DNA from: Duodenibacillus sp.
GTDB taxonomy: Bacteria > Pseudomonadota > Gammaproteobacteria > Burkholderiales > Burkholderiaceae_F
Length of the DNA: 64,000 bases
Assembly (NCBI GenBank): GCA_963661915.1
Contig: CAVLDT010000002.1
Location: 21,403 to 85,402, forward strand
Direction: 5' to 3'
In this document: positions 20,197 to 31,102 of the stretch, piece by piece
How positions within the stretch are numbered: position 1 is the stretch's first letter
Layout: every line of letters starts with the position of its first letter
Program-made: the position numbers and the translations under genes
Notes under the pieces: model-generated
Seen by the model: the letters and a program-made list of their open reading frames with translations, nothing else
Database searches by the model: none
What the model was told of the DNA's origin: nothing

Positions 20197-21687
20197 ATGT
20201 TTGCAAAACGCCTCGTCACCCTCTTTACTAGCCTCACGCTTGCCACTGCGGGAGTACCAGCAATTGCGGCAAATGATGTGGACTTAAACCTGCCAAGTCT
20301 CGGGACGGTTGCAGGCGCTGACCTCACACTCGCAGAGGAGCGTGAGTACGGAGAGGAAATCATGCGGCACGTCAGGAGAGATGCTGCCTTCCTTTCGGAC
20401 GATGAGACTGTCGACTATCTTAATCGCTTGGGGTACCGACTTGTTGCCGCGGGGAGAACACAACCCTATGACTTTTTCTTCTTCCCAATTCGGGACAAAA
20501 GCCTAAACGCCTTTGCGCTTCCAGGGGGCTTTATCGCTGTTCACACGGGGCTTGTCGTTGCGGCGGAAACTGAAAGTGAACTCGCTGGCGTCATCGGTCA
20601 CGAAATTGGCCACGTCACACAGCGCCACATCGCCCGTATGATCGAACAGAGTAAGGGATCTCTCGCGATGACGGTCGGCTCTATCCTTCTTGCAATTCTT
20701 GCAGCTCGCACTGGCGGGAATTCTGGAGGTAACGCCGCTGTTGCCATTGCAATGGGAACACAGGCTGCGATGATTCAAAAGCAGTTAGCTTACTCGCGAG
20801 ATGCAGAAAGAGAAGCAGACCGCGTAGGACTTACCACTCTTGCGAATGCGGGTTTTGATCCCAAGGGGATGGAAAGTTTCTTCTCTAAGCTGCAACAGAA
20901 TAGTCGCTACTACGAAACCGCCTCCACGGCTTATCTTTCCACGCACCCTCTCACAGGGGAACGTATGAGCGATGTGCAAAACCGCACGCGGTCTATGCCC
21001 ATCGTTCACCACAAAGATAGCCTAGATTTCAAACTCATTCGAGAGAGGCTTCGTGTCTTGCAGGAGACCCGCTATGACGGCTACCTTACTGCGGCACGCG
21101 CGATACAGTCGGCATTAAAGAGCGCAACGGGAAGCGACGCCGTTGCCCTTCACTACGGACTCTCTGTTGCTTATGAAAAGCTAGGGCGCTCAGCCGATGC
21201 TCTCAGAGAAGCGAAAAGCGCAAGGGCTCTCATTTCTACTGAGTCTATTCTCTTAGATAAAAATCTCGCAGAGGCCTCCTTTAATGAAGCAAAGAGCACA
21301 AAGGAAAAGGACGCAGCTCTCGCTCTCGCGAAGAAAACCGTCAATAACTACCCCTATTCCGCCATGCTTGCGAGTAGTTACGCAGATATGCTTTTCCGTG
21401 CAGGAAAAAATACAGAAGTCATTCGGTATCTCCGAAACCAAAAAGCCTTAAGTAAACACAACGCCGATTACTTTAGTCTTTTAGCTAGAAGTTACGAAGC
21501 TCTGGGCAAGAGGGCCGAAGCCTTTGCGGCAACAGGGGATATGTACATGCTTCTTGGCAACGACAAAGCCGCTCTTTATCAGTTTGAAAAAGCACAGAGA
21601 GCGTCCGACGCAGACTTCTACGTCATGAGTCAAATTGATGCAAAGCTTAGAACACTAAGAAATCGCCTCAAAGACGAGAAAAAGTGA
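20197..21687 (+). CDS. bepA: Peptidase M48 with TPR-like repeats, BepA/YfgC family
   Basis: Signal peptide, NAFALPGG, HEIGH zinc motif, EREADRVG, YLSTHP. Confidence 0.88.
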   Translation: MFAKRLVTLFTSLTLATAGVPAIAANDVDLNLPSLGTVAGADLTLAEEREYGEEIMRHVRRDAAFLSDDETVDYLNRLGYRLVAAGRTQPYDFFFFPIRDKSLNAFALPGGFIAVHTGLVVAAETESELAGVIGHEIGHVTQRHIARMIEQSKGSLAMTVGSILLAILAARTGGNSGGNAAVAIAMGTQAAMIQKQLAYSRDAEREADRVGLTTLANAGFDPKGMESFFSKLQQNSRYYETASTAYLSTHPLTGERMSDVQNRTRSMPIVHHKDSLDFKLIRERLRVLQETRYDGYLTAARAIQSALKSATGSDAVALHYGLSVAYEKLGRSADALREAKSARALISTESILLDKNLAEASFNEAKSTKEKDAALALAKKTVNNYPYSAMLASSYADMLFRAGKNTEVIRYLRNQKALSKHNADYFSLLARSYEALGKRAEAFAATGDMYMLLGNDKAALYQFEKAQRASDADFYVMSQIDAKLRTLRNRLKDEKK

Positions 21688-21823
21688 CAGCTTTCTTTTT
21701 TTAATACCCCCTCGTAGATCAATAACACTGGGGTACCCTGCGTAAAGATGTAATTCAGCGGGTGAGATTTCACGCCAACATTGTGCGAAAATTGCGCCCA
21801 CAAAAAAGTAATAGGTTTTTGAT

Positions 21824-22906
21824 ATGGCTATTGAAGATTATTTAACGATTGCAGAAAAGACTGATGACGTCATCGTGACAGATGCCGTCATTGTCGGTGC
21901 GGGTCCCGTGGGACTCTTTCAGGTTTTTGAACTTGGCCTCTTGGAAATAAAGGCTCACGTTGTTGATTCTTTGCGAAACGTAGGCGGCCAATGTATGGAG
22001 CTCTACCCCACTAAGCCCATTTACGACATTCCCGCCGTTCCTGTTTACTCCAGCTACGAGTTAACAGAGAACCTCTTAAAGCAAATTCACCCCTTTAAGC
22101 CCGTCTTCCACCTAGGCGAAGAAGTCACAAAGGTCGTCCGTCGCGAAGATGGTCAATTCGACGTAGAGACCAATAAGGGAACACGCTTCTTAAGTAAGGT
22201 TGTCATCATCGCCTCTGGGGTCGGCTCCTTCCAACCGAGACCCTTGCGTGTGCCTGGGATTGAAAAGTTCGAGGGAACGCAACTACATTATCGCGTTAGA
22301 AATCCTGAGATTTTCGCTGGGAAAAACCTCGTTATTTGTGGCGGTGGCAACTCTGCTCTTGACTGGACGCTTAACCTTGTCGGCAAGGCAGAGAGCGTCG
22401 TTCTCGTACACCGCCGTGATGGTTTTCGGGCAGCTGACGCGTCGGTCGCGAAGATGCGGGAACTCTGTGAAAACTGGGAAATGCAGTTTGAAGTAGGTCA
22501 GGTCACAGGGTTTGAAGAAAAAGACGGAAAACTCTGCGAAGTTCACGTCACAGGGGCCGATGGCGTCACACGTCGTATGCCCTTGGATCATCTACTCGTT
22601 TTCTTTGGCCTACAGCCTAAGCTTGGTCCCATCGCCGATTGGGGACTTGCGCTTGACCGCAAACAGATTGCCGTTGACACGGAGAAGTTTGAAACCTCCG
22701 TTCCCGGAATCTTTGCCGTAGGTGACTGCAACATCTATCCAGGGAAAAAGAAACTTATTCTCTCGGGTTTTCACGAGTGCGCCCTAGCAGCCTTCGGAGC
22801 AAGTAAGTATGTCTTCCCAGAGAAGAAAACCTACCTGCAGTACACGACAACGAGCCCGAAACTGCATAAGGTTTTAGGTGTTGAAACGCCAGTTTTTGAC
22901 GACTAG
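21824..22906 (+). CDS. Thioredoxin-reductase-like ferredoxin--NADP+ reductase
   Basis: [53 protein letters not shown]; no CxxC. Confidence 0.88.
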   Translation: MAIEDYLTIAEKTDDVIVTDAVIVGAGPVGLFQVFELGLLEIKAHVVDSLRNVGGQCMELYPTKPIYDIPAVPVYSSYELTENLLKQIHPFKPVFHLGEEVTKVVRREDGQFDVETNKGTRFLSKVVIIASGVGSFQPRPLRVPGIEKFEGTQLHYRVRNPEIFAGKNLVICGGGNSALDWTLNLVGKAESVVLVHRRDGFRAADASVAKMRELCENWEMQFEVGQVTGFEEKDGKLCEVHVTGADGVTRRMPLDHLLVFFGLQPKLGPIADWGLALDRKQIAVDTEKFETSVPGIFAVGDCNIYPGKKKLILSGFHECALAAFGASKYVFPEKKTYLQYTTTSPKLHKVLGVETPVFDD

Positions 22907-22935
22907 AAAATCTGGAAAAAAAGAAAATCGGGATT

Positions 22936-22967
22936 GAGCCCTAAACAGCTAGTTCAGGGCTCTTTCT
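22936..22967. terminator. Terminator between convergent FNR-like and GNAT genes
   Basis: GAGCCCT.AAC / GTT.AGGGCTC stem followed by TTTCTT. Confidence 0.65.
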
Positions 22968-23462
22968 TTAGGCTTTCTTTTCGTTACCCGCTGCAAAGTC
23001 CTCTAGGTCGCTCCCTGTGAGGCGATGCACGATCCAACCTGTCATTTTCTTTGCCCCAATTGAAGCGTAGAAATCTAAACTTGGCTTATTCCAATCCAAG
23101 CAAGACCACTCTAACCTTCCACAACCACGCTCGACAGTGAGTTTTGCAAGGCGGCGTAAAAGTGTTTTCCCATAGCCCTTACCACGCTCCTCAGGGAGGA
23201 CGAAGAGATCTTCCAAATAGATTCCGGCTCTTCCCAAGAAGGTTGAGAAACTGTGAAAGAAAAGCGCATAGCCAACGGGTCTCACCCCCTCGCAGACAAG
23301 GAGAACTTCCGCCTTTTTCTTATCAAAAAGCCATTCTTCAAGAATCGCCTCTGTCGCAACAACTTCGTTTTCGAGTTTCTCGTAACGGGCAAGCTCCATA
23401 ATGAAGCCCAAGATAACTGGAACATCTTCACGCGTTGCAAAACGAATCTGGCAGTCCTTCAT
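22968..23462 (-). CDS. GNAT acetyltransferase (spermidine/spermine N1-acetyltransferase-like)
   Basis: FIMELARYEK, FSTFLGRAGIYLEDLFV.PE.RGKGYG, EWSCLDWN. Confidence 0.9.
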   Translation of the reverse strand: MKDCQIRFATREDVPVILGFIMELARYEKLENEVVATEAILEEWLFDKKKAEVLLVCEGVRPVGYALFFHSFSTFLGRAGIYLEDLFVLPEERGKGYGKTLLRRLAKLTVERGCGRLEWSCLDWNKPSLDFYASIGAKKMTGWIVHRLTGSDLEDFAAGNEKKA

Positions 23463-23553
23463 AAACACCTCACTTAAAAACTCCTCGCATTATCTACTAT
23501 CAGAGGTCGATATCTCGATTCTGTAATCCTTACGGTTGCAGAAGATATAATAC

Positions 23554-23566
23554 TTCGTATACGAAC
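23554..23566. promoter_or_regulatory. Putative MarR operator 1
   Basis: Palindrome TTCGTATACGAA immediately downstream of TATAAT (23546-23551), upstream of marR. Confidence 0.7.
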
Positions 23567-23589
23567 TTATCCGCGACAAATCACTAGCC

Positions 23590-24036
23590 ATGAAAAAGTT
23601 TCTTCCAATTATCTCCCTAGCCTCTCAGCTGACAACTCTCTCGCGAGATTTCATTACTCAGGAAATGCGCAATGCGGGTTACCCTGAGATTGAGCCTTGC
23701 CACGGAGACGTCTTTGTCGCACTATTTTCTGAAGACGGCTTGGGACTTGTTGAGCTCGCACGACGTTGCCACAAGAGCAAATCCAACGTCTCTGTCATGG
23801 TACAAAGACTCTCCAATCTCGGCTACTTGAAAAAAGCTAATAACGATGAAGATGTTCGAGCCGTAAGAATTTACCTTACGAAAAAGGGCCTAGGGTTAAA
23901 ACCCATTTTTGAAGAGATTTCTGAAAAATTGCAAAAAGTTGTGGGCAAGGGTTTCAGTTCTAGTGAACTCACGACATTTGAAACATCTCTTAGACAAAGC
24001 ATCACAAATTTTGAATCGGCTCTGAAAGAAAAGTAG
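23590..24036 (+). CDS. MarR family transcriptional regulator
   Basis: ELA....KSNVS.MV.RL...GYL, DVRAVRIYLT.KG winged helix. Confidence 0.92.
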   Translation: MKKFLPIISLASQLTTLSRDFITQEMRNAGYPEIEPCHGDVFVALFSEDGLGLVELARRCHKSKSNVSVMVQRLSNLGYLKKANNDEDVRAVRIYLTKKGLGLKPIFEEISEKLQKVVGKGFSSSELTTFETSLRQSITNFESALKEK

Positions 24037-24078
24037 TCCCTCTTTTCCTCTCGAGAACTTTCAAAATATTTTGCTGAT

Positions 24079-24107
24079 TTGATTTTTGTTCGCCTACGAA
24101 CTATCAT
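24079..24107 (+). promoter_or_regulatory. Sigma-70 promoter of the cupin gene with MarR operator 2 in the spacer
   Basis: TTGATT-N17-TATCAT; GTTCGCCTACGAAC at 24088-24101. Confidence 0.7.
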
Positions 24108-24150
24108 GCGAGGCATCTCGGGGATTTTTGCCCTTTTTTAATTCGTTCAT

Positions 24151-24166
24151 CGTTCGTCTACGAACG
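24151..24166. promoter_or_regulatory. Putative MarR operator 3
   Basis: CGTTCGTCTACGAACG just upstream of the cupin RBS (AGGAGA). Confidence 0.7.
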
Positions 24167-24182
24167 TTACAGGAGAACATCC

Positions 24183-24563
24183 ATGGAAACCTTCAAACTT
24201 ATCCACGTCGAACCAACCGCCCCTCGAACTGAACTTCACGATGCACTCGGATTAACAGGCTGCGAAGCCTCAATCAACGTTGCTCCTGCTGGCTTTGGCG
24301 TCCCATTCGTTCATGCCCACACAGCAAACGAAGAGCTCTATGGCATCCTCTCGGGAGATGGCGAGCTTTTCCTCGATGGGAAAATCCGGAGCGTTTCCGC
24401 AGGAGATTGGTTTCGTATCGCCCCCGAAGCACATCGCGCTCTTCGAGCGGCTGCCACTTCTCCGATGACCTACATCTGTGTACAGTGCTCCCAGGGTAGC
24501 CTTAAAGGCTTTACAGCAACAGATGCAAAGATTTGCGAAGAAAAAGCTCCCTGGATGCGCTAA
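24183..24563 (+). CDS. Cupin domain protein
   Basis: PFVHAH..NEELY.ILSG.G metal-binding motif 1, GDWFRIAP...R motif 2. Confidence 0.88.
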   Translation: METFKLIHVEPTAPRTELHDALGLTGCEASINVAPAGFGVPFVHAHTANEELYGILSGDGELFLDGKIRSVSAGDWFRIAPEAHRALRAAATSPMTYICVQCSQGSLKGFTATDAKICEEKAPWMR

Positions 24564-24797
24564 TTTCTTTAGGCTTCTTCTCAGCAGGCGGGAATCTGAG
24601 ATAAGTTCCCGCCATTCTTCCTCTCCTCTCAAATCCCTCTTCTCAAGTCCAAGAAAGTTCTTCACAGTAAGTTCCTGCATCCTCTTAATCTTTCTCGGAC
24701 AATTCAATCAACTTTAACGGGGCGTTTTACCCCCGAAAATGCCATAATTTCGCCGCTAGATTCGAAATACTTATCTTTGGGCCTTTCGCTAACTTTT

Positions 24798-25703
24798 ATG
24801 AAAAAATTTTCTTGTGTTGCCATCATCAGCAAACCCGTTGAAGTCTTAACTGAACACGTGAACAAAGTTCTCCATCACGTACTCGATAGTGGCGCTGAGG
24901 TGCTACTCGATGCCAATAGCGTTCGTGATCTTGGAGAGGGCTGCGGCTACAGTCCAGCATCGCGCGCGGAAATGGCCGAAAAAGCCGATGTGGCAATCAC
25001 AATCGGCGGTGACGGAACCATGCTTGGAGTGGCTCGCGACTTCGCCCGCCACGACATCCCTCTCATTGGCATTAATGCGGGTCGTCTTGGATTTAACACG
25101 GATATCGCTGTTGACGACATCGACAAAGAACTGCCTCCAATTCTTGCCGGTCACTACTGTGTTGATACACGTCCCATGCTTGAAGGAACTCTTTGGAGAG
25201 ATGGTAAAAAAGTTTTTTCTGCTATTGCGACAAACGACATCGGCATCTGCCACGGTCGTGCGCTAGGCATGGTTGAATACACCTTACAGGTCGATGGCAC
25301 GGAGCTTTCTTTACAGCGCGCTGATGGAATTATCGTGAGCACGGCAACTGGATCAACCGCCTATGCGATGAGTGCAGGTGGGCCCATCATGCATCCTGCC
25401 CTTGGTGCGATGCTCCTCGTTCCCATTGCGCCACACACGCTCTCCAATCGCCCGATTCTTGTTCCGAGAACCGCAACTGTTCGCATCGAAGTAACAGAAA
25501 CTCGCAGTGCAGTGGCAAGTTTCGATGCGCAGGTTTTCTTTGATGTTCTCGTTGGTGATGTTCTGAAGATTAGTACGAGTAAAGACTCGCACTTTATTAT
25601 GTTGCACTCGGAAAACTTCAATCAGTATGCGATGTTCCGCCGTAAACTCAATTGGAGTGTCCTGCCACAGAACAGCCACCCCGTGCACAAAAAACAGTGT
25701 TGA
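24798..25703 (+). CDS. nadK: NAD kinase
   Basis: GGDGTML, GINAGRLGF, ADGIIVSTATGSTAY.MSAGGP. Confidence 0.96.
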   Translation: MKKFSCVAIISKPVEVLTEHVNKVLHHVLDSGAEVLLDANSVRDLGEGCGYSPASRAEMAEKADVAITIGGDGTMLGVARDFARHDIPLIGINAGRLGFNTDIAVDDIDKELPPILAGHYCVDTRPMLEGTLWRDGKKVFSAIATNDIGICHGRALGMVEYTLQVDGTELSLQRADGIIVSTATGSTAYAMSAGGPIMHPALGAMLLVPIAPHTLSNRPILVPRTATVRIEVTETRSAVASFDAQVFFDVLVGDVLKISTSKDSHFIMLHSENFNQYAMFRRKLNWSVLPQNSHPVHKKQC

Positions 25704-25715
25704 TCTTCTCTCGCC

Positions 25716-27383
25716 ATGCTCACGCTACTTAACCTTAAAGATTTCGTCATCGTAGAAGGCCTCTCAGTAGAAGCCACTGCAGGATTGACGTGTCTAACAG
25801 GAGAAACGGGCGCAGGAAAATCTATCCTCATCGATGCTCTAGAACTCGTCCTTGGGGCAAGAAGCGATACAACACTTATTCGGGAAGGCGCAGAGAAAAC
25901 GGAAGTTTCCGCAGAATTCACTTTAGATGCGAGGGCACGAGCCTGGATGCAAGAAGCGCAAATTGATGCGCTTGACACCGCTCTCTTACGTCGCACTGTG
26001 GACTTGAGCGGTCGGTCTCGGTGTTGGATTAACGGCGTTCCTGTTACCGTAACGCAGATGCATGACTTAGGGGAAAGACTCCTAGATATTCACGGGCAAC
26101 ACGCGCATCAGTCGCTACTTAAAACCTCACATCAATTGCATCTCTTAGATGGCTACGCAAAAGATGAGGAACTTCTCAGTGCCGTTCGAACCTCTTGGGA
26201 AGTTTGGCAAGAGAGTCAAAAGAAACTAGTGAAAGCGACAGAAGAAAAAGAGAGGCTTACGTCCGAAATCGAGCGCCTTACGTGGACCACGGAGATCCTC
26301 TCGGAACTTAGTCCCGTCGAGGGCGAATACGAAGAGTTAAGCATCGAACACGCAAAGCTTTCTAATGCAGCCGATATTGCAGAAAGCGTAAAAGGGGCCT
26401 TAAACGCCTTAAGTGAAGATGAGGTTAACGTCGCAGGCCTTCTTATCGAAGCACAAGAAAAGCTCACACATGCGGCTAACTTTGATGCATCCTACGCTGA
26501 GTATGCCAATACCCTCTCTGAAGCCGCCTCTATCGTTGACGAAGTCGCTCGTAGCGCTGGGCACCAACTCGATAAGAGTAACCCAGATGAGGAGCGTCTC
26601 TCTGAACTTGATGAGAGATTAAATGACTACTGGCGTCTTTCTAAGAAGTTTCACCGTGCTCCAGAAGAACTTTTTACTCTCTTAAAAGAAACGAAGGCTC
26701 GCCTTTCTGAAATTGAAGAAGCCTCTGACGTTGATGCATTAAAGAAAGCGGAAAAGGCGGCACAGAATACATTCTTCACGAAAGCCTCTCTCTTAAGAAA
26801 AGAACGCGAGAAAGCCGCAAAGGCACTCTCTACTGCCGTAACAGAAAAGATGCAAACGCTTGCGATGCAAGGCGGTCGCCTTGAGGTCGCCCTGCGAGAA
26901 AGTGAAGCTTGGTCAGGCGGGACAGAAAAGTGCGAGTTCCTTGTCGCTGGTCATGCGGGGGCCACTCCGAGGCCCCTCACGAAGGTTGCCTCTGGAGGAG
27001 AACTTGCCCGCATCTCGCTTGCAATTGCCGTCATCACTGCAGAACTTACCCCAGTGGGAACACTTATTTTCGATGAGGTCGACAGTGGTATCGGAGGCGC
27101 AGTTGCTGAGGTTGTTGGGAAACTCCTACGCCGCTTAGGGAAGCGTCGTCAGGTCCTTTGCGTCACACACCTTGCTCAAGTGGCTTCCTGCGCCACAACG
27201 CAGTGGCAAGTCTCTAAAGAAACGTCAGATGGCATCACTCGTAGCACTCTCAAGGTTTTAACGGAAGCAGAGCGCACAGAAGAAATTGCTCGCATGCTTG
27301 GCGGAATTCAGATTACAGATTCTGCACGAAAAACTGCCTTTGAGATGCTTCAGGCCGCTAGAGCCTCTGATACGGAGCCTTAG
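25716..27383 (+). CDS. recN: DNA repair protein RecN
   Basis: LTGETGAGKSILIDAL, IHGQH, ASGGELAR, LIFDEVD, VTHLAQVA. Confidence 0.97.
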   Translation: MLTLLNLKDFVIVEGLSVEATAGLTCLTGETGAGKSILIDALELVLGARSDTTLIREGAEKTEVSAEFTLDARARAWMQEAQIDALDTALLRRTVDLSGRSRCWINGVPVTVTQMHDLGERLLDIHGQHAHQSLLKTSHQLHLLDGYAKDEELLSAVRTSWEVWQESQKKLVKATEEKERLTSEIERLTWTTEILSELSPVEGEYEELSIEHAKLSNAADIAESVKGALNALSEDEVNVAGLLIEAQEKLTHAANFDASYAEYANTLSEAASIVDEVARSAGHQLDKSNPDEERLSELDERLNDYWRLSKKFHRAPEELFTLLKETKARLSEIEEASDVDALKKAEKAAQNTFFTKASLLRKEREKAAKALSTAVTEKMQTLAMQGGRLEVALRESEAWSGGTEKCEFLVAGHAGATPRPLTKVASGGELARISLAIAVITAELTPVGTLIFDEVDSGIGGAVAEVVGKLLRRLGKRRQVLCVTHLAQVASCATTQWQVSKETSDGITRSTLKVLTEAERTEEIARMLGGIQITDSARKTAFEMLQAARASDTEP

Positions 27384-27387
27384 AAGA

Positions 27388-27981
27388 ATGCCAGGAGAAA
27401 AAACACTTCGCATTCTCGGTGTTGACCCGGGGTTAAATCACACGGGCTTTGGAGTTATCGATGTTAAAGGCGGAAAAACGACCTTTGTCACCGCTGGTTG
27501 CATTCATGTCCCGAAGGGAGAACTCGCAGATCGCCTTGCTTTCATCGCAGAACACCTCAGTCGGATTATCGAAGAGACAAAACCAGCACTAGCGGCGGCA
27601 GAAATTATCTTCCTAAACCGCAACCCAAAGACGACACTTCTCTTGGGACAGGCTCGAGGGGCCGCTCTTGCTTCTCTTGCGGCAAAGGGCCTTAAGGTCG
27701 AAGAATTCAGTGCTACGCATATTAAAAACGCCATCGTAGGTACGGGACGTGCTGCGAAACCTCAAATTCAGGCTATGGTTGCAAGGCTCTTATCTCTTAA
27801 TGATGACCTACAACCCGATGCAGCAGATGCCCTAGCCTGTGCCCTTACCGCTGCTCACTCAAGGAAGATGGAAGAGATTAAATCGCAGACGACAGCAAGG
27901 AAGATTCCCGTTGCAGCAGGGCGCCTTCGGACTTCGAGCAGAAGTGCTTGGGAAAAATTTGTTGAAGGGAGAGAAAAATGA
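27388..27981 (+). CDS. ruvC: Holliday junction resolvase RuvC
   Basis: [25 protein letters not shown]. Confidence 0.96.
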   Translation: MPGEKTLRILGVDPGLNHTGFGVIDVKGGKTTFVTAGCIHVPKGELADRLAFIAEHLSRIIEETKPALAAAEIIFLNRNPKTTLLLGQARGAALASLAAKGLKVEEFSATHIKNAIVGTGRAAKPQIQAMVARLLSLNDDLQPDAADALACALTAAHSRKMEEIKSQTTARKIPVAAGRLRTSSRSAWEKFVEGREK

Positions 27982-28556
27982 TTGGAAGGATTAAGGGAAC
28001 ACTGCTTGAAAAGATGCCTCCACAGATTCTCGTAGACGCTTCTGGCGTTGGCTATGAAATCGATGTCCCAATGTCTACTCTCTACAATCTTCCAGATGTA
28101 GGTTCGGAGGTAACGCTTTTCACACATTTTGTCGTGCGTGAAGATGCGCAGTTACTCTATGGATTTCTCACAAAGGAAGAAAGAAGCCTCTTTCGACTTT
28201 TGATTCGAATTTCTGGCATTGGGCCAAAAATCGCGCTTTCGATTCTCTCTGGCATCTCTACGCAACTCTTAAGTCAGGCAGTGACAACAGGAGAAGCAGG
28301 GCTACTCACCCGCATTCCTGGCGTTGGAAAGAAAACGGCTGAGCGAATTGTTCTCGAACTAAAAGGTAAACTAGATACTGTTGTTACTGGAACAGACACG
28401 GGAGCGGCAGGATCGAGCAGTAAAGCTGATATCGTAAGTGCTCTTCTTTCTTTGGGTTACTCGGACAGAGAAGCGCAACTTGCCATTAAGGGACTTGCCG
28501 CGGACATTAGCGTAAACGATGGAATTCGCGAAGCACTGAAAAGCCTCTCAAAATGA
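27978..28556 (+). CDS. ruvA: Holliday junction branch migration protein RuvA
   Basis: [33 protein letters not shown]. Confidence 0.98.
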   Translation: MIGRIKGTLLEKMPPQILVDASGVGYEIDVPMSTLYNLPDVGSEVTLFTHFVVREDAQLLYGFLTKEERSLFRLLIRISGIGPKIALSILSGISTQLLSQAVTTGEAGLLTRIPGVGKKTAERIVLELKGKLDTVVTGTDTGAAGSSSKADIVSALLSLGYSDREAQLAIKGLAADISVNDGIREALKSLSK

Positions 28557-28583
28557 CAAGAATCTAACAAGGGTTAAACATTC

Positions 28584-29627
28584 ATGGAAAACGTCGAACG
28601 TGTAGTTGCAAGCGAAGCTGCGAGCCCAAAAGAAGAAAATATCGATCGCGCTCTTCGTCCTTTGAAGCTTGCCGACTATGTCGGGCAAGCCTCCATTAAG
28701 GAGCAGCTTTCGATATTCATCCAAGCTGCAAAACTTCGCGGCGAAGCGCTCGATCACCTGTTGGTTTTCGGGCCTCCGGGACTTGGAAAAACCACCCTTG
28801 CTCACATTGTCGCAAATGAAATGGGCGTGCACCTGCGGCAGACTTCAGGCCCTGTGCTCGAAAGACCTGGAGACCTCGCGGCAATCCTTACGAATTTAGA
28901 AAAGAACGATGTCCTCTTTATCGATGAAATTCACCGTCTGAGCCCCGTTGTAGAGGAAATCCTCTATCCGGCGCTTGAGGATTATCAAATCGACATCATG
29001 ATAGGCGAAGGTCCCGCGGCACGGTCTATCAAAATTGATCTTCCGCCATTTACCCTCATCGGTGCAACGACACGCGCTGGTGCACTTACAAATCCCTTAC
29101 GTGCACGTTTCGGAATCGTCAATCAACTGCAGTTTTACACAACCGCTGAACTCGTAAGCATCGTGAAACGCTCCGCAGGATTGCTTTCCATTGCTATTGA
29201 TGAAGCAGGCGCCCACGAAATCGCATGCCGCTCTCGGGGAACACCACGTATTGCTAATCGTCTCTTAAGACGCGTACGAGACTTCGCTCAAGTGAAGGGA
29301 AAAGGCATCGTTTCTCAAGAGATTGCAGACGCTGCGCTTAAGATGCTTGATGTCGACAAGATGGGGCTAGATTCCGTCGATAGAAAATTCCTTACGACTA
29401 TCCTCAATAAATTCTCCGGAGGACCCGTCGGTATCGACAATCTTGCAAGTGCATTAGGGGAAGATAGAGAAACCCTTGAGGATGTTGTTGAGCCATTCCT
29501 TATTCAGAATGGTCTCATCCAACGCACACAACGCGGAAGGCAGGCCACGGCCGCTGCCTACCGTCACTTTGGATTGATTGACCCAGCTACAGACGGGATG
29601 CCCAAGGATCTTTTCGCAGATAACTAG
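28584..29627 (+). CDS. ruvB: Holliday junction DNA helicase RuvB
   Basis: [44 protein letters not shown]. Confidence 0.98.
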   Translation: MENVERVVASEAASPKEENIDRALRPLKLADYVGQASIKEQLSIFIQAAKLRGEALDHLLVFGPPGLGKTTLAHIVANEMGVHLRQTSGPVLERPGDLAAILTNLEKNDVLFIDEIHRLSPVVEEILYPALEDYQIDIMIGEGPAARSIKIDLPPFTLIGATTRAGALTNPLRARFGIVNQLQFYTTAELVSIVKRSAGLLSIAIDEAGAHEIACRSRGTPRIANRLLRRVRDFAQVKGKGIVSQEIADAALKMLDVDKMGLDSVDRKFLTTILNKFSGGPVGIDNLASALGEDRETLEDVVEPFLIQNGLIQRTQRGRQATAAAYRHFGLIDPATDGMPKDLFADN

Positions 29628-29637
29628 GCAATACCCA

Positions 29638-29671
29638 CTCCTTCTCTTTCAATCTCACAAAAGAGAAGGAG
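29638..29671. terminator. Hairpin between convergent ruvB and amidohydrolase genes
   Basis: 12-bp inverted repeat CTCCTTCTCTTT / AAAGAGAAGGAG. Confidence 0.6.
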
Positions 29672-29697
29672 CAAAGATTATCCTAGAAACTTTGAAG

Positions 29698-30966
29698 TTA
29701 CTCTTCAAAGTGCTCCACGGTGTGCCAGAGCAACTCGGCGCCGACCATGAAGTCTTCTAACTTCATCGTCTCAAACGGATTGTGTGAACCATTCTGATTG
29801 GCAACAAAAATCATCGCAACAGGAACACCTGCGTTGCCAATAACAGCGGAGTCGTGACCTGCGCCACTTGCAAGGCGTTTCACAGGAATTCCGCACTTTG
29901 CGGCCGTTGCTGCAAGTTTGTCACTTAAGGCGGCATTCACACCCGCAGGCTGTGTCACAAGAAGTTTGTCAAATTCAAACTTCACGCCGCGCCGTGCAGC
30001 AATCTTTTCTGCTTCTTCCCGCATAAGTGCTTCAAAACGCTTAACAGTCTCTAAGTTAAGGCTACGCATATCCACAGAGAATGTTGTCTCCCCTGGAACA
30101 ACAGTAATCGCTGCAGTTGCTGCTGTCTTTAGGACGCCAATCGTAAAGACAAGGTCTTCTCCCTTAGCAAGCCACTCATCCCAGTGCTTATCCATGCAGT
30201 GGATTAATTCAGCAGTAGCCATCACGGCATCATGTCTAAAAGGCTTATCCACAGCGCCTGAGTGTGCAGTTTGGCCGATGCAACGCACAGCCTTGTGGCG
30301 AACATTGCCACGAATACCCGTGACGATGCCGACACGCTCCGTGGCAGAGGAGTCAAGCGTTGGACCCTGCTCAATATGAAGTTCCACGAAAGCCGCAATT
30401 CGGCTTAAATCGACAAGAGGTTTACCCGCAGTAATCTTTGCAACATCGATACCGCATTCGGCCATGAATTCACCCAAGGTCTTATCTTCCGTGCGGTGCT
30501 TGAGGTTGGTTTCATTGGTTGTAAGTTGCCCCGTGAAAGCAAGAGAACCAATGTAGGCCTTGCCGAAGAAACTTGATTCTTCGCAGCGCATGATGAGGAC
30601 AACATAGTCTCGCTCCGGTGTGTAGCCAGTCTTGCGCATCCACCAAGCAACAGCCAAAGCGGCGGTCACGCCCGCAAGACCATCGTAGTTACCACCCTCG
30701 GGAACAGAGTCAGCGTGGCTACCAGAAATAAAGGCTGGAAGCATCGCATTTTTTCCGGGAAGCCGCATCCAAACGTTTCCTGCCGCATCCTCAGTAATTT
30801 CGAGAGCAAGCTCTTTACCGACAGTCTTTAGATAATCGATAACTTTGCACTCAACCTTACCGTATCCTTGACGTGTAACGCCTCTGCCCTCTGCGCTCAT
30901 TGAGCGAACAGTTTCAAAGACGGTTTTGCAAAATTCCAAACCTTCGTGCCGCAATTCGTTTGTCAT
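29698..30966 (-). CDS. Zn-dependent M20 amidohydrolase, hydantoinase/carbamoylase (allantoate amidohydrolase / beta-ureidopropionase-like) family
   Basis: GSHADSVPEGGNYDG..GV, EE, ELHIEQGP, SGAGHD, SHNP.E; GGGGGAAG RBS before ATG 30966. Confidence 0.88.
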   Translation of the reverse strand: MTNELRHEGLEFCKTVFETVRSMSAEGRGVTRQGYGKVECKVIDYLKTVGKELALEITEDAAGNVWMRLPGKNAMLPAFISGSHADSVPEGGNYDGLAGVTAALAVAWWMRKTGYTPERDYVVLIMRCEESSFFGKAYIGSLAFTGQLTTNETNLKHRTEDKTLGEFMAECGIDVAKITAGKPLVDLSRIAAFVELHIEQGPTLDSSATERVGIVTGIRGNVRHKAVRCIGQTAHSGAVDKPFRHDAVMATAELIHCMDKHWDEWLAKGEDLVFTIGVLKTAATAAITVVPGETTFSVDMRSLNLETVKRFEALMREEAEKIAARRGVKFEFDKLLVTQPAGVNAALSDKLAATAAKCGIPVKRLASGAGHDSAVIGNAGVPVAMIFVANQNGSHNPFETMKLEDFMVGAELLWHTVEHFEE

Positions 30967-31102
30967 GTGTCTTCCCCCTTGATAACAAGGATTTCCGAAA
31001 TAATGAGTAGGAGAATTTTTCTCCCTTCTTTCAAGGGAAAGAATAGCACGCATACTCTTTGCAGGGTACGTCTTTTTTTCGCTGGGAGGCAGCGGATACG
31101 CC

